From Psammoneis japonica (taxonomy: Eukaryota), in the NCBI GenBank assembly GCA_008632985.1, contig QPGO01000023.1:62001-126000 (forward strand): a stretch of 64,000 bases of DNA, in the 5' to 3' direction. Position 1 is the first letter of the stretch; each line of letters opens with the position of its first letter. A program made the position numbers and the translations under genes. Shown piece by piece: positions 37,070 through 46,844 of the stretch. The notes under the pieces were generated by a model, which saw only the letters and a list, made by a program, of their open reading frames with translations, ran no database searches and was not told the origin of the DNA.

Positions 37070-38400
37070 AGGCTGACTGCTGTTGGGCACGCAGCAGAAC
37101 CGAGTTTTGACAAAGCCCGGCTTCATCACCTGAGCCTTGTGGATTCTGCAGCCTTTGCCGTCAGCAAGTGAGATTTTGAAATGGACGTCGCTGCCGGGTT
37201 TTGCGAACGCTGTTTCCACATGAGCCATGGCAACTGGCATGTTGGGACAGGGGCTGAACGCGGCCAACATTGCTTGACCTGCAATGACGCTTCCCGTGGC
37301 ATCGAGCATTTCTGTGCGCTCTTCTGGGACCTCAGTCATGCATGCAATGCCAACGAGCTTTCGTGCCACCTTCTGAAGCCTGCAATCTTTTGTGAGGATG
37401 CTGTCTGCACCCAAGAATCCACCCTCTTGGCGTCGGCGATGTGGGGTGGTCCAGCCCAAGCTAGCCTCAACAGGGCCTGCTGATTCACCCAGCTCCTTGC
37501 CCTTCGCACAGAGGCCTGCCTCAAGGCTGAGGGTGTTCAAAGCTGTCAAGCTTCCTGGCATCATGCCAGAGTCTTCCAAGAGCTTGGATGCAGTCAAGAC
37601 AGCTGATTCGACAGCAGGAATGTGAAGCTCAAAGCCATCCTTGCCTGTGAAGCCACAGCCATGAGACGAAAGACAATGGAGTTAGTTCGCAAGTGGTGTT
37701 GTCATGCACAAATGACATGGCAGGCACCAATGTTGTGTCCTGTCCTTGCCGAGCAACGCGACAAGCTTCCGTGCTGCCACGGACAACAGTTTTTTTGCTG
37801 GACATGAATGCCATGTGTTCCAAGTTGAAGTCCGATGGAAGCAGCTTCGCCATTGCAGAGGGCAAGCCAGGACCTTGCAGGGCCAAGATGGAGTGGTGAA
37901 AGCACTCCATCTCAACTTGGCCGCCAAACATTTCCAACTGCTTGTTGAAATGCTCTTTGCATCGGGCATGAGCAGTCATGACAAAGCAATCTCCGACATT
38001 TGTGATGATTGCATCGTCGATGATCCCGCCCGTTTCATTCATCATGACGGACAGGATGCACATGCTGTGTTCAAGAGAGGCAATGTCTCCCACAAGAATT
38101 CTCTCCAGGAACTCAACACAGTCTTTTCCACGCCAAGACATCTGTTGTTGAAGAACAATTGTTTTAGAGAAAAAAACACAAGTTGTGTTCAATGCGAGAA
38201 CCGCTTTGTAACTTTGCATCACGCTGGAGACATGAACACACCTGAATGAGAAAAGACAGATCAAAGAGAGCTGCTTTTCCTTCGGAGCGGCAATGAAGGT
38301 GTTCCTGGGTGGGTTGATCAAGGTCATCACCAACAGACTTTCCCACTGGCTTGGATGCAGGAAGGCTTCATTTACTTCAAACAACATTGTTCTGATTTTT
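37070..38400 (-). pseudogene. gcvT: Glycine cleavage system T protein (aminomethyltransferase) pseudogene, intron-containing
   Basis: EHLHCRSEGKAALFDLS, NETGGIIDDAII, LALQGP, LSLEAGLC, FLGAD, PVAMAHVET and FVKTRFCCVP. Frameshifted; GT-AG intron at about 38142..38241. Confidence 0.85.
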
Positions 38401-39402
38401 GTTTTGGCTTGTGTGCAAAAAGAATTCATGAGTGGTTGATGAAATCTTCGGGTGCGTAGATGAGTGAGGGGCCGGGAAGATGCTTCACGGAAGTGTTTGA
38501 AAGCATCTCAGATGATTCCCTTAACTTTGGTGAACAATTCAAGCAGATCAACATTTGTGCGCTGGGAGAACAGATGTCGCAACATGACAAGGGAAGAAAT
38601 GGTTCGGTTCAAGTGGCTCCTGGCAATGGCAGATCCCATCAAAGTGCAGCTTTCATCGATTCTCTTTTTCTTTCCTCACTCCTCTTATGATGCATCCTCA
38701 TTTGAAGCATGGCATGAACCTGCAACAGACTTGCCTTGTTGGACTCGACATGAAGCTTGAGGGTAACATCGGATGTGACGGAGCACTTCAGCTGGCATGC
38801 TGCTGCAACAAGGACATGCGGGTGTCCTTTCTCGATGCATGTGACAGCTTTGAGTCATGCTCATGCTTTCGGGCCTTGACATGTCTTGAAAAAAGAACTT
38901 CTGAAAAGGAATCGCTCAAGAGACGGAGATGTCACGCTTTCTTTGCATGGGTGGGACTCTACAGAGAGCCATGACAATGCTGTGGCCGCACCATCGTCAA
39001 CATGGACCAGCAATTGATGACCTTGTAAATGCACAGCTCCTCCTTCTTGCACATCTCCATTCATGTTCATCTGCTCAAAACAACAGAAATTAAAATCTGA
39101 AAAAAAAGAGTGTGAGTTGTGAAGCACAACTCAGCGAGTGGATCAATGTGAACGAACGACACAAACAGATCTTCAAACGCTGTGGGACGTGGAGAACACA
39201 GCTGACACAACGGGCCGGCGACCCACAGGAGCATCAAACCTGTGGGGGATCAGATGTGAGATGCTCAATGAGCAACTCAAGCGGTCTGAACCACCTTGCA
39301 ACCTTCACAAAAAAGGCTGCCCTTCGGGGTTGTCAAGCACACCGTCTTGGTCCACAACGTCCACAGGCATTCAGAGTGCATTCAAAAAGAAAGCAGAGGC
39401 TG

Positions 39403-39780
39403 TGCACTGTGCTTGAAGAACGAGTGCAAACAAAAGTAGAATGAAGTTCAAAAAGTGAAAATTGTGAGAATTGTTTCTGCACAATCATTTTGGATTTCTC
39501 CGAATGGGTTCTCATTGGCCCAAACCTTTTGCACTGCTCCCACAGACAAAGGCCTTTCGGAGAAATCAATCATGACAACAGATTGTCCGGATGAAATTGA
39601 TGTTGACACGCAAGATGTCAACATCATTGTACAGTCACATTTGCGATTCTCGACATCCGATCAACTCTGTGTGATTGATCTGTCCTTCATGCGAACCCAC
39701 GATTGACACACGATTGGAGTGTAAATTTGTTTGACATGTGGACGTGCATGTGCACAACGCACACAACAATGCACATTGCA
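39403..39780 (-). repeat. 3' LTR
   Basis: Aligns with 44600..44978; adjacent to the PPT. Confidence 0.92.
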
Positions 39781-39806
39781 TTCGCCTCCCCAATTGCACA
39801 TTAGAG

Positions 39807-42800
39807 TCAGTCGTCAAACGGCATTGTCCGACGAACATTGACAGCGTCAATGACGTCACCGCGTTTGATCTGTGCTGTGCCATTGGCGTGTGCCGTTGTC
39901 ATCACATGCGGTCCAATGTGGGGCTGTTCCAGTTTCTGTGAGTCCTTTTCGAGCAGCATTTTCTCTCCTGCTCTGCACGCACAAGGAGTGCGTCGAGTGT
40001 TCTCTCGAGCATTGTTTTTGTTTGTGATTTCTTGTTTTTGCTGCCGGATTGATTTCCAGTCTGCGACATGTTGGACGTTAAATGTCATGTCCCTGTTGAA
40101 AACCAATTGCCCAGGTGCAGCTTGTGTGGCAGTGTGACACATGGAATGCACAGCAAAAGCCGCTGCTGACAATGTTCCAGTGAAGGGATCCTCAGTGTCC
40201 AGAGGTGTGTGTTGCAAATCAAGCGTGCGGATCACATTTCCGAGTGCTTGATGTGCGCATTCAACAATTGCATTTGCTTGTGGATTTCGTGTGGTTGCAG
40301 GCTTGACTTCAATGCCACAATCCTCTTGCACCATGTCTTTAAATTGGTGTCCGATGAACTCACTTCCACGGTCACATGCAATTGACGATGGCCAAGGATG
40401 TCTGCCCAACCATGTTCGTTCTAATGATCCGGCTGCAGTTGTGGATTCCTTGTTTGGGATTTCCACAACTTCAAAACCATCCGGTTGCCGGATCAATCAT
40501 TGTCAAACATTTCAGGACTGGGGGTTCTTTCTCTCCCTTGCAACGCATCTTGCACGGCCCAATGAGATCCACACACAGTCATTCCCATGGCGCTGATTCT
40601 GCGCACTTGGGAGGTAAATGTCCACATTTCTTGTGTTTCTTTTTGAATTTCTGGCATGTCTCACATCTCAACACGCATTTTTGCATGTCTTCACGCAAGG
40701 TGGACCACCACAGGTGTTGTGAGATTGTCTCTTCTGTTCGACCCATGCCAGGGTGAAGAAGGTGCGCATGACACCAATCTGTCACTGCTTTTTGCAACGT
40801 CTTGGGGACAACGATTTTTTCCTTGTGACATGTGAGCAACCGGTCTCGCTCGCCTCCATGAAAAGTCTTCGTGTGAAATGTCTCATTTGACAATTTGGAG
40901 AGAATGTCTTCACCCCGCTTTTGTTCACAATCAAGAACTTTACAATTTAATGGAAAGACATTGTCACAGGATTTTGGTGGGACCTTCTCAGCTGACTCTT
41001 CTGTGCTGAGGGTTTCCACAGGTTCTTTTTTTTTTCATGGTGAGTCGGCTGATCGCATCTGCAACAACATTTGCCTTGCCCTCAAGGTGTGTCATTTCAG
41101 GACTGCACTCTTCCATTGTCAGATGCCAATGCATGACTCTGTTTGTTGTGAAAATTTCATGTGTGAGATTTTTGTGATCCATGCGTGTGTTTGTCTGTTG
41201 GCCAAACAGCACATTTCGGAACTCCTTTAACGTCTCCACTGTGGACAACAGCTCTTTTTCTGTTGCAGCACAATGTGTCTGCACTCCATTCAGCTCGCGG
41301 CTGTAGAAGGCAATTGGTCAGTTCTTCTGTGTAACAACCGCCCCCAGTTGAGAATTGCTTGCATCAGCGTGCATCTCAAAGGGTGTGTTGAAATTCAGAC
41401 ATGACAATGATGTGTCTTTGGAAATTTTGCGCTTCACATTTTCGAAGGCTTTTTGTTCTGTTTTGGTCCATTGCCACCTTGCTTGTGTTGAAGTGAGTTT
41501 GGCAAAGGAGCTAAAACATGAGATTGTCGAGGCCACATGTCTCGACAGCAGTTGATCACACCGACAAAGCGACGCAATTCCTTGCGAGTTTCAGGAGTTG
41601 CGATTGCGTGAATCGCTTCTGCCTTTTTTGGAATTGGACTGATGCCATTGCGAGTGATGTGGAAGCCCAGATAGTCTGCTTCGGGTTTAGCGAAAAAAGA
41701 CTTTTCGGCATTGACCTTCAATCCGGCTTGTTCTGGGCGTAAAAACACCGTCTCAAGCTTCTTGAGGTGGTCTTGAAAATCACCTTTTGCAAGGCACAAC
41801 ACATCATCAATGCAAGTTCTGATGAACTCCAGACCTGCCATGAGCTCATTCATGTGCTCTTGGAAAATGTCTGGAGCTCCACAGATTCCCACAGGGAGTC
41901 TACAGCACTCATGCTTGCCCCAAGGCATGACAATTGTGCACAAACGACGTGCACGCGGCGTTGGCTCGACATGGTGGCATCCCACATTTAAATCTGGGGA
42001 CGTTGCACACATGAAACCTTCAAGTTTCTGTGGCACATCCTGAACACTGGGCAGAGGAAACGGAGTGTGTGTCAACCTCTTGTTTGGCTCACGAAAGTCA
42101 GGTGGAAATCAAACTCGACCATTTTTCTTGGGTTGAACAAAGGTTGGAGCGGCCCATTCAGAGCAATTTGTTTTTCTTAAGACCTTTAACTTGCACAGTC
42201 TTTCAACCTCTTTACAAGCAGTCACCTCCAAGGCTTGTGGTGCGGGAAATGGTTTGGCATGATGCGGACTCATGCCCAATTTCAACTTCAAATCCACCGG
42301 CTTCCGGTCCATTTGCCTGGAGAACCATCAAAAAGGTTTTCAAATCTTTTTAAAAGGAAGTTCAGCTGCTTCTGCTCTTCAGGAGTTAGATGAGCAGCTG
42401 CTGCTGTCACATCATTGAGGTTTGCGGCGTGACAGCCTGAATCAAGGATCCGATTGACCCTGTCATTAAGACTGATCACTGCATGAGATTCCTCAATGTG
42501 ATCGGCAATCAACTTAAAAACATCGGCATCGAAGAGTGCACCAACATTCTTCATGGGAGCAGTTGCATCTTCCCATTTGATCTCTTCACTCGAGAAGTCT
42601 GACATTGTCCCAAGACTCGACATTGAGTCATGTCCCATGATCATGTCACAACGACTCGAAGAAGAAGAGGAGTTGTCAACATGTGCCGTTGTTTCGATCA
42701 TCTTGTGTTTGTCAAATTTGGGCAAGGAGAGTTGGATTTTACATTGACTGTCAGTCGTAAAGAGCCCTCCTTTGGTTTCCCAGAGTTTGGTGGCGGACAC

Positions 42801-43010
42801 CTTGGTTCTGAGTTTTCACGTGAATTTGCGCAAAATTGTGGTTGACGATGTTCCGCTGTCGAGGAGAACACGCAGAGGCTCATTTTTCGCTTTGCCCAGG
42901 GAGGCATTCATGTGAGCAACGACAACTGGACTAGTGTGAGTCATCTTGGCCCTTTTTCCGGGCTTCCCAATGTCCAGCAGTGCGCAAGACTCTCTTGCGG
43001 TGCAAGTCAT
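39807..43010 (-). pseudogene. pol: pol (protease, RT, RNase H, integrase), broken by frameshifts and stops
   Basis: VLLDSGTS (PR); SEWAAPTF, FPLP and RTCIDD (RT); DASNSQLGAV and TEKELL (RH); HPGMGRT, CETCQK, DRGSEF and NPQANAIVE (IN). Confidence 0.92.
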
Positions 43011-44163
43011 TCCTCAGAATCGCTGCGCGTCAATTTTTCAAACTGACAATTCTCCTCGTCAAGGGTGTCAGAGTCACAATCTTTGCTCTTGCACTTTTTG
43101 TTGTTGTTCGAAGAACTCGCCTTGAGTGATTTTTGAACTGCTTGGACTGCCGTGGCATTCAACTCTTCTTTGCGAGTGGCGTTGTCGTTATCGCGACGAG
43201 ACCACGTGCGATTGCCATTTGAACGGCACCGTTTTGGGTCGGGTTCACAGTTCCCACGGCGTTCTTTTGCAAGTCTTTTAATCGACCAGCACTTGTCCGC
43301 ATTGTGAGTGGATTTTTCGCACAGAATGCACCACTTGTCGGACTGAGATTTTTCGGTGCCATGTTGGTGACCATTTTTGGAACCACGTTGGGAACCACTC
43401 TTGGCTTTCGATCCAGCACTGCTGCTGGGATCAGCCTTGGCATGAATGCCGTCAAATGCATCCTCAGCGACCTCTGGGCGCTCCAAAAACTCCACCAACT
43501 CGTCACAGGTGTGTTTCAAAATTTCGAAACCCTGGACGGTCGACTGGCGCTGCCACTTTCGAGGTGCAAGATTGAAGAGGATGTCCTTGAGCTCGTCCTC
43601 CTCGATCTTCTGATCCTTTCCAAAGGGAGGACAGAACTTGAGGTCTTCGTTGACTTCCTGGACCCAAGCAGCAATCTCGCATGCTTTCATTGACTCGGGC
43701 TTCTTGAGATCGCGACGTAGATGACGTTTCTGAACCGAAAGTGCGTTCTCAGGAAACACGTGTTTCGTGAGGTGCTGCAGGCATTTCTCGAAGCTTCCTT
43801 CTGTAGATTCGTCTTCAACATTCGCCGCTGCATTCTCAAAAGCACGTAGAGCTTCTCCTTGTGGCAACACATGCATGAGACGGAACTCATCGGCTTGCTT
43901 GCTGATGTTCTGGCCCACCAGAAGTTGACCGTAGCTCTTTAAAAATTCGATGTGCTTGGGAACGCCCTGTTTCTTGCAGTGCTTGACGTTGATCGTGTGG
44001 GTCCAACCATCCTTCTTCTCAGGATGAAAACACTGCTCCATCTTGAGACACTGGCTTGGTTTGAGGCTCTTTGGCTCGGAATTCGATTCCAACGGTTGAG
44101 GGACGATTCTTTCCTGCCTTGACGAAGTCTTGGCCTTGGTTGCCTGAGGTGTGAAAGCTTCAT
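43007..44163 (-). pseudogene. gag: gag of the Gypsy element
   Basis: VFPENALSVQKRHLRR..KKP, DELKDIL...P.KWQ and a CILCEKSTHNADKC zinc knuckle. The upstream part of ORF 43007..44407 merely runs through the inserted TIR element. Confidence 0.85.
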
Positions 44164-44182
44164 CTTGAACTGGTTGCCTTCT

Positions 44183-44578
44183 GACGGGTTCCAGCCCCAG
44201 GTGGGACTTTTTGTGACGTTGGGCCCGCAGAATTCTGCGTGCGAGCTCCGCAGTAAAATTGTTGAGCAATGGATGCATGAATGATCGCCAACAGAAAAAG
44301 AGGCAATTTTGCGAACGCATCTCCTCTTCCACACTTGAAGTGCATTCTTTACAGCATGCCCGGGTGTGTTCTTTAGACATTAAAGAATGTGCCCAGTGCA
44401 TTTTCATTGACTTGAGTGCAGATGACAGAAAGCCTTTGGCTTCGCAAAACAGGGAGTGTGGAACAATTTTTTATAATGGAACACGTGGAAATGTGCGTGC
44501 GAAACATGCGACGGATGACAAAAAATGATTGTGTCACAGTTCAACAGTGCGAGGTCCCACCTAGAGCTGGAACACGTC
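44183..44578 (+). mobile_element. 396-bp non-autonomous TIR element, copy C, nested in the Gypsy 5' leader
   Basis: TIRs GACGGGTTCCAGCCCCAGGTGGGAC / GTCCCACCTAGAGCTGGAACACGTC; 4-bp TSD TTCT (44179-82, 44579-82). Confidence 0.88.
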
Positions 44579-44599
44579 TTCTGTGGTGTGCATGCACAA

Positions 44600-44978
44600 T
44601 GCACTGTGCTCAAAGAACGAGTGCAAACGAAAGCAGAGCAAAGTTCAAAAAGTGAAAATTGTGAGAATTGTTTCTGTGCAATCATTTTGGATTTCTCCGA
44701 ACGGGTTCTCAATGGCCCAAACCTTTTGCACTGCTCCTGCAGACAAAAGGCCTTTCGGAGAAATCGATCGTGACAACAGATTGTCCGGATGCGATTGACG
44801 TTGACACGTGAGATGTCAACATCATTGCACAGTCGCATTTGCGATTCTCGACATCCGATCAACTCTGTGTGATTGATCTGTCCTTCGCACGAACCCACGA
44901 TTGACACACGACTGGAGCACAGATTTGTTCAATGTGCAGATGTGCACACATGTGACGCACATGACAACGCATGTTGCA
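44600..44978 (-). repeat. 5' LTR
   Basis: Aligns with 39403..39780. Confidence 0.92.
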
Positions 44979-45662
44979 GCTGGCCCTCATGTGGCTCCTC
45001 CTGCTCAAACAACTGCTTCACTAAAAAGTGCGTTGGTTGGCACCGGGTCACTGCCGCATTGGACATTTGCAAGCATTCAGTGCACATGCAAGAAGCGAGT
45101 TTGCTGGCAATCGTGGTGCATCTCCATCGGAACCACGGACCACTTTGACAGGCAATCGTCATTTCGCCTCGAACCGACTTCCAAAGACACACGCAATCAA
45201 ACGCACAGAGGAAAACCGTCAAGGACCCAAGCCTTCAGGTCCACATGGCAATTGTGTGCGGACGACATTCAATGGCTCAACTCCAGCAGATCTAATTCTC
45301 AACGAGAACGAGACGATCGACTCACCTGTGGCAGAGTTGTGATGCAACCATGGCAACAAAGACAACGATGTGTTTCAAACGGTCGAATGGTGATTTGTGT
45401 GCTTCGTCAACAATGAGCAAAGTGATTCGGATTTCACGTGTCCCGGTCTGCCGTTTCAAAATTTTTGAAAATGTGGCGGGAAACCAACGGTGTTTTTCAC
45501 TATCGCATTTTGCGTGCTTGTACGAACACCGATGACGTCGGCCAAATTCGTCAGAGTACGAGCTCCGAACTCTAAGATTTCCCTCCCTCCACCATCACAC
45601 CTCGCCACAAAATAAAACGCGATACAGTAGATCAAAGGCAATCACTTTATTTCTTCTCCATC

Positions 45663-46773
45663 ATGGTATCACGGCAGCGCAGCAAGTTGAATGTGCGTGA
45701 CAGCAGCAGCATGTTGCCATTAAAGTGTATCGTTCTCAGTGTGCTGTCCCTTGTGCATGTTAGCACTGGCTTTCTGCTTTCATCGCGAAGCACCCTCCGG
45801 ACGGGAATGCCAGAATGCTCATCCTTAACACATTGCATGACATTGAGCAAAAACAAAAAGAACACGGCGGGAGAGCAGAACTTGAATTCAAAGATTCGGT
45901 TAGAGAATGGACGCCAGAAGACAGTTCGTGCTCGTACGGTGCAACTGGCGCCAAACGGTGAATGGAATGTGACAGTATTTGAATGGGAGGAAATGGCTGA
46001 CACTGTGACAGCCTTTTGGAACGTACAGAATGCCAATGCGCTGACACCTGCACCTCAAAGCAATCATAACGATTTGCTTGATCCGTTTGGATTGGTATCA
46101 TGGCCCGGGTCTGTTGTTGCCGCTCAGGAACTTGCGCGCTACAAAGATACCATTAAGAATTCCACTGTCTTGGTCGTTGGTGCCGGGCCAGGGGTGGAAG
46201 CTCAGGCGGTGGCAATGTTGGGTGCAAAGCAAGTTATTGCTACTGACATTCATCCCACGACATTGAAATTGCTAGAGCTTGGTGCAGAAGCTGCTGGACT
46301 AGACCATATCATTACTACACAAGGTATGATTATTCGATTTGGTCTCGCTGGATAGAGGGAGCCTATATGAAAGAAGTATGCCGCATCTAACCATATCAAT
46401 TCTCTTACTATTATGCCTCTTTCTCGAACAAGTCTTTGACTTGCTCTCAGACGAATCGTTGCCACAATGTGACATTATGGTTGTTGCTGATGTCATGTAC
46501 AATGAGCATTTGGCGCAAGCGGGTGTAGGTCGTCGAATAAAAGAGGCATTGAAGCAGACAAACTCGCCGAGGATATTGGTTTCGGACTCGCAACGCTTTC
46601 ATGGCACAGATTTTTTACCAGTGCTCAATCATATATTTGACGACAAACTCGCATGGAAAGAACGAAAGCTAAAGGGATTTACTGGATCGGGCGTCATGAT
46701 TGACGAGGATCAAACATATGATGTAACTGTAAGGACGTGTGCTATTGGGTGGGAGAGTGCTGAAGAACAATGA
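45663..46773 (+). CDS. SAM-dependent methyltransferase, family-16-like protein methyltransferase, with N-terminal targeting peptide
   Basis: DPFGLVSWPGSVVAAQEL, VLVVGAGPG, ATD and VADVMY motifs; intron about 46324..46431. Confidence 0.85.
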
Positions 46774-46844
46774 TAATCATATTCTAAGCTTATCGAGTAA
46801 GGTGTGGTGTTGCATTCATAAAGATGAACATTAAGGCCCCTACT

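Larger units (their letters stand above)
39403..44978 (-). mobile_element. Full-length, inactivated Ty3/Gypsy LTR retrotransposon
   Basis: Direct LTRs 39403..39780 and 44600..44978 (TG...CA); 4-bp TSD GCTG (39399-402, 44979-82); PPT GGGGAGGCGAA at 39781-39791 (-); domain order gag-PR-RT-RH-IN. Confidence 0.95.
35450..45500. other. Hypermutated tract D (contains the GcvT pseudogene and the Gypsy element)
   Basis: TpA reduced to a few per kb; ORFs nearly Tyr-free; CpG only partly lost. Confidence 0.85.

Noticed and set aside
36518..44407. Alternative genetic code or RNA editing restoring Tyr
   Set aside because: Neighbouring genes use Tyr normally, non-coding LTRs show the same changes, and the affected ORFs are also frameshifted.
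44579..44599. tRNA primer-binding site of the Gypsy element
   Set aside because: No TGG-starting tRNA-complementary PBS is recognisable; the region is mutated and interrupted by the TIR insertion.
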